Source of the DNA: Octopus bimaculoides
Taxonomy: Eukaryota
Assembly (NCBI RefSeq): GCF_001194135.2
Contig: NC_068984.1
Span: 61,905,859-61,952,654, forward strand
Direction of reading: 5' to 3'
Length of the DNA stretch: 46,796 nucleotides
The notes below the pieces were generated by a model. The model made no database searches and was not told the DNA's origin. It saw only the letters and a list, made by a program, of their open reading frames with translations. Position 1 is the stretch's first letter. Every line of letters begins with the position of its first letter. Both the position numbers and the translations under genes were made by a program. Below, piece after piece: positions 13,014-23,554 of this stretch.

Positions 13014-13963
13014 CTCGAGCCATTCAGTAACAACTTTAGCTGTGTGAATTGGTGAATTATCAACCAGAAAAATTTCGCTCCACTTCGGAAACAGTTCCGC
13101 AACCATAGGATGAATTTGATCATATAAAATGTTTAAATAGTCTTGACTATTAATGCTGCCATGAAGGTAAACCATTGGGCCGGCGGATTTCCAAGATATA
13201 GCCCCTCACCGATCATTACAGATCCTCCTCCCTGTTTAACAGCTGGAAAGAGGAAGTCTGGATCAAATGCTTCTTTTGGCTGTCTCCACACGTATACTCG
13301 GCCGGCGGTCGGAAATGAGGTAAAGGAAGACTCGTTTGAGAAAATAACATTCTTCCACTGCTCTAGGTCTTTACTCCACTGTAAACGCTTTGCATCGTTT
13401 ATTTTTCAAAGTAGTGGTTTTCTGATTGCAGCTCTCCCGCGAAATCCGGCTTTGTGCAGCTCCCGGCGAACAGCTTTCGTGGAAACTGTGTTCTCGAGGT
13501 GGTCATTAAGCTCTGGATTAATTCTGGGAGCTGTACTTTTGTGATCCTTTCTAACAATTCGTATAAGTGACCGATGGTCCCTATCTCAATGGTTTGGTTT
13601 TCTTCCGGAGTCTTGTTTTGACGAGGAGGTTTACCCCTCTTTCTCAAAGGATGTCATTACTTTCGAGACAGTACTTCTTGATACACCAAATATTTCGACT
13701 TTTTTTGTAAAGCTAGCGCCTGCCATATGGGCACTAAAAATTTGACCTCTTTGAAAGTCCGATATATCTGTCATTTTAATGAATTTTAATTATATTTTTC
13801 TGATGATACCTGAAAAGAAACACCGATTTTAGAAAAACATATTAAGCAACACTAATAATAAATAAAAAAAACGTAACAATAAACACTCTTTTGACGGTTT
13901 TATAGATATTTCAAAATTATGATGCGTGATGCTAGGTATTTCCATTATTTTGCCCAACCTCTG
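13014..13963 (-). mobile_element. Tc1-family DNA transposon, decayed transposase plus one terminal inverted repeat; other end in gap 12387-13013
   Basis: ATG at 13774 gives MTDISDFQRGQIFSAHMAGASFTKKVEIFGVSRSTVSKVMTSFEKEG* (HTH region). Catalytic region reads GPMVYLHGSINSQDYLNILYDQIHPMVAELF...DNSPIHTAKVVTEW. Terminus (TA)CAGAGGTTGGGCAAAATAATGGAAATACC ends at 13963 with TA at 13964-13965. Internal stops and frameshifts. Confidence 0.92.
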
Positions 13964-13966
13964 TAT

Positions 13967-14009
<43 letters not shown>

Positions 14010-14146
14010 TACATACATTTTATATGAACTCAATCTATAAGGTCTTAATGAACAAAGTTAGGTTTCCTGCATTTATATATACCTTGATCCTGAGAAGTCA
14101 TCTTTGTGTAGTATTAAGTTTGTTTCCTTACTATACATTATTGTTT

Positions 14147-14270
14147 AAAGCGGTGAGCTGGCAGAATCGTTAGTACTAAGCAACATTTCATCGGTTTTCA
14201 CGTTCTTAGTTCAAATGGCGCCGATGTCTTTCATCCTCCTGGGCTCGACAAAATAAGTAACAGCTGGGGT
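14147..14270 (+). mobile_element. SINE family 2, degraded
   Basis: aaagcggtgagctggcagaatcgttag...ttagttcaaat...tctttcatcctcctgggctcgacaaaataagtaacag. Confidence 0.75.
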
Positions 14271-16024
14271 AGACTTTGTGCCTATAACATAATTGATAAT
14301 TATAACTTTTATTGTCCGCAAACAAGCGTTTCGGTTAAGTTTGAAAAATCATGTAAAACGTAAAATATTAATGACTAATTTCCAGCCTTAGTTTGGATCT
14401 TATTATCTGAAGCTATTGAACAAGAATAAATGGTACACTTAAATGGTCTTTATTGTGAATGGCATTTCTTCTGTCCTATCTTAAAATTTCTTATTTCAAA
14501 GCGAATGAAATAATGAAATGCTCTTAAAACCAGATTGTTCTGTTGAAAAATAAATAAAAAATAACAAACAGAACGTCAATGATTCCAACAATGTGTAAAA
14601 AGAAATTAACATAATTCTGCACAACGTAAAACTGTGAGAATATTTATGTTTTCTGCTTCACATCAGATAACCTTCAGTTGTGTTGGAATTTTAACATAGG
14701 AAGATAAAAAGACATTGCTATGACAATGGAAACACTGCGTTACGATTTGAACTGAATATAATTGTTACATAGTGTTGACAATAAGAATAAATGTGAGACA
14801 TATTCCGCAGTTATAAGACTCTTTAGCAATAAAACACAATTGCATGTATAAGATAATGTTTTTATCTAAAATGAGTTCCCAAGTCATTGAAAAGATTGAA
14901 TACAATTATGTATTTCATGTATTAGGGCTATAAAATTATACTGAGAATTTTTGTTATAAAATACAATTCTTTATGTTTCCCCTCATTCTGATTTATCAAA
15001 TCGTTTATATTTTTCATAAGATATAATACGCATGCTGCTTTTGGACAGCAGTCACTATCCGTGAAACAATAAGCGTTTTCTACCCATTACATTGCCAAAA
15101 ATTCACATTGAATTATTGCATACTTTGTCTACATTTATAGAATAGAGCATATCTAACATACGTAAGACAAGCTAAACACTCTAAAATTTTAAAGATTTTA
15201 TTCGTACTTCATCCGTTAAAAAAGTGGATGAAAAACAGACACACACACACACACACACATACCATTCGCACATACACATATAAATACAGATACAGGAATA
15301 CACACACACTCATTATTACTAACCCCACAGACACGTACATGTATACAAATATATATGCGCGTCTACGCATATAAACATATATTTATGTGTGAATTCTAAG
15401 ACCTGTGTCCAACAATATTCGTTCTGTTACGTCTGAAAGTAGGTCAAAGCCCAAAACCAATTTACTGATTTGTTGTCATATGAAACATAATGCTTTTTAT
15501 TGAATTAACTATATTAATTAAACATCTTACTGTGTATTAATATAGTGAGTAATATTTTCCAAGTAGTTTTAATCATGTCTCTTTAAGTACTTCACGTAAC
15601 GTATTCAAAGTAAGTTTATTATATATTTATATTACTGAACAGATAACACCAGAATTTCTATGGTTGTGACAGTTTATCATCTTTCCTTTCCTGCAGCATG
15701 AAAAATACCACGAGTTGAGACGAGTGAAAGAGGGCTAAGAAACAAAGCAAAAAAAAACGGAAAACATGAGGAAACCAAGAGATCAAAATTTTATATATAT
15801 ATATAAACCCTAATAGCATATTTCTTTAAATTGTTTAGTTGGCGAAGAGATAATACCAGTCGGTTCTAAGAAAATTATATATGAGAATCCTAATACTCTT
15901 TCACTAAAACAGCAATTATCTTATTTGATTCTATTAAAGCAATTGTATAATGTGTTATGACTGGGAGTTGTCACAATCGAAACAATGCATTGCACAGATA
16001 TTTGCTTTGTATGTTTAGATATTT

Positions 16025-16150
16025 CAGTTCGACTTCGCCTTTCATCCCTTCGACGGGTCGATGAATAACAGGAAAGTACTGGAATATACTATATCGGTTA
16101 ACTCTCTCCCAACAAAATCAATGGCGGCATTGTTGCCAAATTAGAAACTG
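16025..16150 (+). mobile_element. SINE family 2, central/3' fragment
   Basis: tcgacttcgcctttcatcccttcgacgggtcgatgaata matches the family-2 core gcctttcatcc...ggtcgat. Confidence 0.65.
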
Positions 16151-16269
16151 CGGTTCTAACTGGGTACTTTCGTCGCTATATGATTCCAGTATTGTGAAGA
16201 TTGAAAGCATACTTTATTGTAAATATTCATTTTCTATAGCACATACACACACATGGGCACACACACACT

Positions 16270-16272
<3 letters not shown>

Positions 16273-16349
<77 letters not shown>
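16273..16349. repeat. (CA)n microsatellite
   Basis: Directly visible. Confidence 0.95.
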
Positions 16350-16351
<2 letters not shown>

Positions 16352-16754
16352 AAATTATCAGGGTGGCTATTCACAATTTACAACCGAAAGGCATGTCGAA
16401 GAGAGGGAGCTTTGTCTTCGTTGTCAGTCGTTAGAAAAGTGCTCTGACGTGATTAGATCTGAGTCTCTACATATACATAAGGAAGTTAGAAGATTTGAAA
16501 GACGAGCTAGTTTTTGATAGAGTTTCTCTATATGTCTCCATTGAAGTTTAATTCTGTGGGATGAAGTTAAAATAATAGACAGAGAACACCACTGGAAAAT
16601 AGCAAAACTAAAAAGAAGCAGCACATATTCTAGGACACAACATCCTCCTAAGCAGACCGAGTGCAGATATGAGCAGCATATGGGAACCGGTATTATGGAA
16701 GGATAGAAACTTATTAGATTTATAAGCCCTAAAATTCACTCCATAATTGCCCAA

Positions 16755-16820
16755 GGGCATATGTCGTAGTGTTTAAAAGCGCGGGCTACTATCCCCAAGA
16801 TTCCGAGTTCGATTCCAAGC
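16755..16820 (+). promoter_or_regulatory. tRNA-derived Pol III promoter-like head (A box and B box)
   Basis: A-box-like tgtcgtagtgtt (16762-16773), anticodon-arm-like ggg-ctactat-ccc, B box GAGTTCGATTCC (16805-16816). Confidence 0.65.
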
Positions 16821-16900
16821 AGTGACTTGAATAATAATAGTAATAATAATAATAATAATAATAACAACAACAACAACAACATCAAAAAGTACTTCCCCAA

Positions 16901-16946
16901 GGCACCTGAAGAAGGCTGGAGGGTATATCAGCCGAAACGTTGTGTT
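16901..16946 (+). ncRNA. Minimal type I hammerhead ribozyme motif (PLE-type, palindromic helix III)
   Basis: GGCAC-CUGAAGA-A-GGCUG-gagggtatat-CAGCC-GAAA-CGUU-GUGUU. Stem I is GGCAC/GUGUU (two G-U pairs), stem II is GGCUG/CAGCC, helix III is the palindrome AACGUU, and the predicted cleavage triplet GUU ends at 16941. Confidence 0.8.
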
Positions 16947-17487
16947 AACAACAAACAAGATGTGGAGAGATATCCGTTGAATGTAAATAATGTAAATAAA
17001 GCACATAATTCCTCATCTCTGAAATATAGAACTGCATGAAGGAATTTTTATATTCCGAAATATTATTATTATTATGTCAGACTATGGATAATTAAATTAT
17101 AACTGTTATTATAGTCTATTCTGCATTCTTGTGTCATTCAAGACACGTTGTAATGTAAAAGCACAAGGTATGAACAATAAACTTTCACATTTATATTTCT
17201 TTCACTTACTTCGGAGTTAGTTCAGAAATTGTAATATTAGTCCCTGCACAAGAATGAAATGCAAGAAAGTAACCCGATTATAAAATATTGCAATGTTCTT
17301 TTATTAGTCGCTAGTCTAAATCAGCTTTAATGAAATATCATAATTGAAAGTAAGCTTTTTGAAAAAATTCTTGAAAATTGCTGAACAATTGCGTCTCCGT
17401 TCAAAGTTACATTTTTTTGAAAACTTATATCAATAGATTTGAAAATTGTTCTTCAAAGAAATGTTTCGCATATTAAAAATATAAAAT

Positions 17488-17523
<36 letters not shown>

Positions 17524-19149
17524 NNNNNNNNNNNNNNNNNNNNNNNNNNNNNNNNNNNNNNNNNNNNNNNNNNNNNNNNNNNNNNNNNNNNNNNNNNNNA
17601 TGTATGTGTGTGTGTGTGTGTGTGTACATACATACATACATACATGCATACATACCCTGAAAGTCTTTTATTACAAAGTGCAAAGTAACATAATGAAACA
17701 TGTTGTAATGAAAGAAAAAAGTAACGTGTAAATGAAGCTTTTGGCGCTGGAAAATATGACTTAAAAAATAAAATCAATTTTACATCTTCCCTGAATATTA
17801 CTAGCTTGCAATCCTTTGAACATTTCAAAGAAAGTTACATTATTACAGCAGCAATACAAAATGAGTAGGTTAAAAATTACATTCTGCCTTAATATTTTTA
17901 TGAAGAATACATTATGATTTAAAATTCTGGTTTATTTTTCAACGCATTTTGTGTCACGTTGACAAAACCGTAGGCTATTCTAAACCGACATAGCTGGTGG
18001 GCTAACTTATTTTCATATCATACTTTTTAAATGATATGTTTTAAAACATATTGCGAGAGAATTATATATTTTATATAATGATCTATTTATTCTGGGTATT
18101 TCAACAAAATCAAAATTTTTGACATTTATATTACGAAATAATTTCTGAACTGACTCCTTTTTATATAAATCGTTTTCTTAATTCTAATACGCTTGTAAAA
18201 TTTCTGTTTGAATCACATAGGAGGAGGGTTCACAAACCAGGGCTTACAACACTACATACTGCTCAAAATCTAGCTATATCAGTAATACACTACACCTTGC
18301 ACCAAGTGCTATCGTTTCAATAGAGTAACTGACCGTTTAATAGAATAGCTGAGGATTCAATGGAATAACTGATGATTTAATATAATCGCTTAATAAAACA
18401 ACCTTCACACGCAGCACATCTACTGTACAATAAGCACCTACTATGGTAAATCAACACAACATATATTATACAGGATTAAAACTCAATGAAATTACACAAC
18501 CAACATAACACTCATCATGCGCAATAAAACGAACATAAAACAAAAATCTACGCTATGTTGTGTCTAGGGGGAGTCACATAGTCATAATACTTTATTATCT
18601 AACACACCCACCGGTTCGATTTCCACTCATTCATTATTTACATATTCTCTTCCAAAACCTTCGTTGATTTTGCAACCTTGTCAACGGATGTTGACTGTCC
18701 GGTATTGGAGCTGCGTTCTTTTTAGTCTGTGCGCATGTGTGTTAGTGTATGTACATATGTATGTATGTATGTATGTATGTATGCATGCATACATGTGTGT
18801 ATACATGTATGTATACATGTATTTGTGTATTTATAGATGTATGTATGCATGTGTATGCATGTATGTATTCTGCATATTCATGTGTTTTTGCGTGTTTGTG
18901 TGGTTGTATGTGTGGTGTATGTGTATGTGTGTGTGTCTATATGGTCACGTGTTTCCATCTTTTGTGCGTGTGCTTGTCTGTCCGTATTATCTATGTTTCT
19001 ATCTATTATCTACTTACCTATGTATCTATTTGTTTACTCCATGTCCATTTGCTTACCTTATATATATATATGTATATATATAGTTGCCTACATAACAGCC
19101 TACAAGCAAACGTACTTACGTATGTATATATTATAGGTTGGCATATCAC

Positions 19150-19400
19150 TACCTTTATGTGCGTTTCTTATTTAGTACAGGAGCTGTTTCATTTATGAGG
19201 ATGTATTCCTGCATTTGTCTGAATAATGGGTCTTTCGGGTGCTTGGATAAAATGTGTAAGGTCCAGTATGCTTCCATGATGGGCTTTAAAATGTTAGTAG
19301 AGTATGGAGGACAGCTCTTTTCATCATATTGCCTCAAATGTTCATTTATTCTCTCGTCAATACTTCTAGATGTTTCTTCAATGAATGCCGTCTTCTTGTC
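19150..19400 (-). mobile_element. Penelope-like GIY-YIG endonuclease C-terminal fragment (second family)
   Basis: Minus strand reads AFIEETSRSIDERINEHLRQYDEKS...HILSKHPKDPLFRQMQEYILINETAPVLNKK, matching YIGET.R....R..EH and the tail P.D...RQ..E...I....P.LN.K. Confidence 0.68.
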
Positions 19401-19679
19401 TAAATATAAATCTAAACCCTATCATAAATGAAACTAATGCAGTAAAATAACAGGAGGAGACTACACACAGCATTCCTTCAAAAATAAGAACGCAATTTTA
19501 CATAAATCTCAGGAACTTGGAGGTGCTCCATGCAGGGTAACAGAAAGTTGCATGAATCTCACGAAGAAAGAATTAAATTGTTTCTAACACAGGCACACAG
19601 CCTGAAGATTAGCAAGACTTATGTATTGAATTACATAGCGTTTCTTGGTAATTTATCATATCAATCTCGGAGGGACTAA

Positions 19680-19765
19680 TAGCAATTTTAATCTCGGCAG
19701 GTTTGAATCTATAGCGTAAACAATTCGAGCAAATACCGCAAACCATCATATCTGGCGCGTTACCG
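19680..19765 (-). mobile_element. SINE family 2 head, heavily degraded
   Basis: ctcggcaggtttgaatctatagcgtaa...aaataccgcaaaccat...ctggcgcgttac resembles ctcggcggaatttgaactcagaatgta...aaataccgctaagcat at 9049-9100. Confidence 0.5.
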
Positions 19766-19908
19766 TCTTTTCAAATTCATCACACTGAGATTAAGATTAT
19801 TCAATGATCGGGTCACAAAGGTTCCATCAAGACGCATAGCACATCTTGGGGGAGTCTTATTTCTCTTTAATACTGCCGTTGCCGGCTTCTTCCGGAAAAC
19901 AGCGAGTC

Positions 19909-19940
<32 letters not shown>

Positions 19941-20129
19941 GGAACGAATGAAAAGAAAGCAAGAAAGAAAGGAGGCAAACGGAATTCCCCTTAGGACTTC
20001 ACTGCTGCGTTATCAAACAAGAAATAATAGCTGATGCTCTGATGCTTCTTCTAATTCAGTAGATTCAATATCTTTTAACAATTACAGAGCATTCAAGAGG
20101 AGTACTTTGTCGATTAAGACGAATCCTCT

Positions 20130-21228
20130 GTTAATAATATGGAATTATGAAATGTCAAAAGAAAGAACTGATGAAAATGGATACAAAGACAAAAAAAATG
20201 ACAGTACACGTAGCCTTCCACCTTGAGAGTGACACTGACAGGCTGTACTTTTCCAGAAGTTATGGTGGGAGAGTTTTGATCAGTTGCCAATATTGTATCG
20301 AAACAGAGGAAAACAGCTTAGGGTGATAAGTGGAAAATGCTGTGGAGCCATAGTCGAAACATACGAAGTCCGGCGTCATCAAATTGTGCAATGAAAGAAA
20401 AATTTAATGAGGAAAAGAACACATAAAATGAAACGGCAGTGAAGGAGAAAAATGTACTGAGAGTTTGGAAGAAATAAGAACGCCAAGACAAATATAGAAG
20501 ACCGGTAGTTATAGATGAGGAGGGGTAACCTGAAGATTGAGACAGAAGCACTTGTACGCGCAGGTCAAGAACAAGCGTTAAGGACCAAGTAAAGTGCAGA
20601 ATAAACAACACTACTGACAGCGACCATTGCAGAATGTGTGGTGACAAAGTGAATGCAAAAGATGACATGACAATCTAGCAAGAAGGATCCATTGGGAGCT
20701 CTGTGCAAATCATGGTCTACAATGGGCAAAAATGCGGTATGCGCAAACCCCAGGAATGAGAATGAGAATTCCAAAATCCTGTTGGATCCAATGATTCAGT
20801 GCGATCATCTAACCAGACGTCAGAAACCGGACATTGTTGTGTCGAATAAAAGAGAAAGAATATGCATGATAATCGACATAGCATGTTACGGTGACAACAG
20901 GATCAATATGAAAGAGGAAAAATGAACAACTAAGACGATCTGAAGTGGGGAATACGAATGTTCTGGTCAATGAGGAGAGTAAACGTGATACCAATAGTAA
21001 TTGCCGCAATCGAACGTATCAACCATCAACTACCAGCATGACAAAAAAAAAGGTTGATACAAGTCCGAAATTAGAACACCTACAATAGTCGGCATTGCTT
21101 GGAACTGCAAGAATTCTTCACAGGATTCTTGAAGCCTGACCAGTAATCAAGAGTCACCTTAATCAGTTGGCTATAGACAGCTGACACTTTCCATTAAAGC
21201 CAGCAAAATAAGCTGCGTTTTCATCACA
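20130..21228 (+). mobile_element. R4/Dong-clade non-LTR retrotransposon, 5'-truncated, decayed; ends in (TAA)n
   Basis: Translations in order: KELMKMDTKTKK...HLESDTDRLYFSRSYGGRVL; ETEALVRAGQEQALRT; CRMCGDK (CCHC start); HDNLARRIHWELC; ENENSKIL.D.MIQCDH...KPDIVVSNKRERICMIIDIA (restriction-like endonuclease PD..D motif); ALLGTARILHRILEA*. Followed by a 3' UTR and a TAA tail. Confidence 0.9.
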
Positions 21229-21244
21229 TAATAATAATAATAAC

Positions 21245-21290
<46 letters not shown>
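21229..21290. repeat. (TAA)n tract / LINE tail
   Basis: Directly visible. Confidence 0.95.
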
Positions 21291-21292
<2 letters not shown>

Positions 21293-21293
<1 letters not shown>

Positions 21294-21389
21294 TACAGTA
21301 AACATAAGAGCACTACAGCACATACCCAAGGCGCACAGAGCTGCGCTCGGTAGTGAAGTGAAAGCACGTTATGAAAATAAAACTACTGA
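21293..21389 (+). mobile_element. Probable 3' UTR of a second R4/Dong-type family, between two (TAA)n tracts
   Basis: cagtaaacataagagc...catacccaaggcgcacagagctgcgctcggtagtgaagtgaaagcacgttatgaaaataaaactactgaa followed by (TAA)n. The assignment rests on position and recalled similarity, not on an alignment within the window. Confidence 0.55.
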
Positions 21390-21391
21390 AC

Positions 21392-21449
<58 letters not shown>

Positions 21450-21460
21450 GTAATAATAAC
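21390..21460. repeat. (TAA)n tract
   Basis: Directly visible. Confidence 0.95.
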
Positions 21461-21461
21461 A

Positions 21462-21577
21462 AAATACAAAGACCTGGAAATAGAGGTAACTCGAATGTGG
21501 AATCTAAAAACAGAAACAATTCCTATCATAGTAGGTGCCTTAGGTATAATAAAAAAATATTCAGACAAATACATAAC
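21462..21577 (+). mobile_element. Third R4/Dong-type fragment (endonuclease C-terminal part), uninterrupted, cut by gap
   Basis: Stop-free frame KYKDLEIEVTRMWNLKTETIPIIVGALGII, the K-Y-x-D-L...W......P-I-V-G-A-L-G motif that follows the RLE core. It starts directly at the end of a TAA tract. Confidence 0.85.
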
Positions 21578-21640
21578 NNNNNNNNNNGAAAATTTAGAAA
21601 TAGCAGTCAAAGAACTACTGATTCCAAACTACAAATTTTT

Positions 21641-21795
21641 TCTCTGACGGATGGCGATATTTATGGCACACACAGAACAAAAAACAGAAGAGAAAAGCAA
21701 AAACAAACCTGCCTTTAGTTAATTGGGTACGACGCTTCACGGTTATGGGTATGAAGTTACCCTATTCCGCTCTTCAGCCTCAATATTCTAATAAA
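21641..21795 (-). mobile_element. ~155-bp hammerhead-bearing repeat, copy 1 (probable PLE terminal repeat or retrozyme-like unit)
   Basis: Aligns with 40444-40599 (acggatggcgatatttatggcacac...aaacaaacctgcctt...aattgg.tacgacg...ccgc.tcttcagcc). Confidence 0.7.
21722..21784 (-). ncRNA. Hammerhead ribozyme motif, core variant (GAAG instead of GAAA), probably impaired
   Basis: Minus strand reads AUUGAGG-CUGAAGA-GCGG-aau-aGGGUA-acuuca-UACCC-auaa-CCGU-GAAG-CGUCGUA-CCCAAU. Confidence 0.6.
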
Positions 21796-21810
21796 CAACA
21801 ACAACAACAA

Positions 21811-21878
<68 letters not shown>

Positions 21879-22050
21879 GCAGCAGCAGCAGCAACAACAA
21901 CAACAACAACAGCAACAGCAACAGCAGCAGCAGCAACAACAACAACAACAACAACAACAGCAACAGCAGCAACAGCAGCAGCAGCAACAACAACAACAAC
22001 AAACAACAACAACAAACAACAAACAACAACAACAAACAACAACAACAAGC

Positions 22051-22081
<31 letters not shown>

Positions 22082-22127
22082 NNNNNNNNNNAACAACAAC
22101 AACAACAGCAACAACTACGACTACAAC
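21794..22127. repeat. Long compound (CAA)/(CAG)n tract with a 10-N gap
   Basis: Directly visible; alternating CAA and CAG blocks. Confidence 0.95.
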
Positions 22128-22910
22128 GATGAAGATAATGACAATGAGGAGGAGTGGAAAGGGGTTGGAGGCGTAAATGGAGGAGGAGTTGAAGCTAGAA
22201 GCAGTGGAGAATTAGTGCCATCAAAATGAAATGTCTCTACAGTCAAGTTAACTTTCCACTAGATACTGCGAAAATGAATGAAAATATACTTATTAAAATT
22301 GCGGATGTTGCAAGCGAAGGCCAGCTTAGCAGCTGTTTTCAATAGCAAGCACCATATCGGTATGATATAAATTAATGAGTCAGCAACCACTGCAACAACA
22401 GCACTAAGAGACTGCATTTTGCAACATTACTTAAGGTATCGCATTGTAAATGTCTATTCTGTAGCACTGAAAGATTATTTTACTTATTGCAGCGTATATC
22501 ATATTCTCATGTGCTTCGTATCTATTCATTCGGAGTTAAACTATGCCATTTTGCACTAGGTAGTTGAGTAAGGTTTTCTATAGCATTTTGTTATGAAACT
22601 GCAGATAGACCGCTCGGTATTAAAGTATAATGAGCCGTTAGGCACGTAGGTTTCCATTTATGAGTGAAAACATTTCATTTTATGGTCGCGGCTACTGGCC
22701 ACAATATCAACTATACTAGTTTCTATAAAAAGTGTATTGTTACCAGTTAAAAGAAAGGAGTTTCCGATTATATCGGTGTTGATGTGATATAAGATGCATT
22801 CTTTTGCTATAATTCTGTCGTGTAAAATTGCATAATGTAATATAGCAGTACTTTATACTGTGTCCTTCTATATTTTAATGTGATATGTTATGATTTATGT
22901 GAAACCACCA

Positions 22911-23170
22911 CCACCACCACCACCATCATCATTATCGTCGTCAACATCATCGTTATCATCATCGTTTAACGTTCGTTTTCAACGTCCGAATTCCATGCTG
23001 GCATGGGCTGGATGATTTGAGAGGAAATTGGAGAGCTACAGCGCTGAGTTTGATTTCAATGTCATCTTCGACGTGATTTATACGGCTGTGTACCCCTTCT
23101 AATTCTAATCCCTTTACAAGTGTGCCGGCTGGGCTTATTTGCCATGCCACCGGCACTAGTGAGGTGACCA
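22911..23170 (-). mobile_element. SINE/LINE-type 3' end with (GAT)/(GGT)n tail (third short-repeat family)
   Basis: Plus strand shows (CAC)(CAT)n then cgtttaacg...ttccatgctggcatggg.tgga...gccaccggcac, the layout of a retroposon 3' end with a trinucleotide tail. Family recalled, not aligned. Confidence 0.55.
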
Positions 23171-23554
23171 TGAAACTTGGAAAGCATAAAAGAGATGAAA
23201 TAAAAAAAAGAAAGCATCTGCCACTTCTAAGACGAAGTATTTGGGAGAGGAAAGGCTAATGTATAGCAAAGGGACCAGCACAGATGTCTTGCTACAGAGA
23301 AAGTGTATGACTGAAGGAGAAAAGAGGAAAGTAGTGAAGGGGTACCAGAGTAAATTTTCAAGAAGGTGAGAATAAGGAGAAGGTATAGACAGTGGGTTAA
23401 GGAAGGAGACTAGAGACTATGTGGATGAGTTAATAACACGCACGCACACACACGCACGTTCACACATGCACGCGCACACACGCACAGGAAACAGAGGTTT
23501 TCGGAGATTAGCGAGAGAGATTATCAGTGTTTGTCGACAGAGATTTTCAAAGGT

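Larger units (their letters stand above)
16554..17034 (+). mobile_element. 5'-truncated Penelope-like element 3' end: GIY-YIG endonuclease C-terminus plus terminal region
   Basis: 16554-16725 is open and reads LWDEVKIIDREHHWKIAKLKEAAHILGHNILLSRPSADMSSIWEPVLWKDRNLLDL*, matching the PLE endonuclease tail pattern (W..VKIIDRE..W..RK.KEA.HI...W.P.L). It is followed by a tRNA-like segment, (AAT)/(AAC)n, a hammerhead motif and an AT-rich tail. Confidence 0.78.

Noticed and set aside
10608-13175. Long ORFs of 140-276 aa containing X runs (also at 35.0, 39.8 and 43.8 kb)
   Set aside because: Their length comes from translating N gaps and dinucleotide repeats; only the Tc1 part (13014-13175) is real coding relic.
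15697-15738. Possible terminal exon after a good acceptor (HEKYHELRRVKEG*)
   Set aside because: Too short to identify and no upstream exon found; acceptor-like tracts are common by chance here.
16755-16820. Functional tRNA gene
   Set aside because: No complete acceptor stem and no oligo-T terminator; treated as a tRNA-derived head.
21745-22176. 143-aa poly-Q ORF
   Set aside because: It is read-through of a CAA/CAG microsatellite spanning a gap; its start lies inside the antisense hammerhead repeat and there is no splice or domain support.
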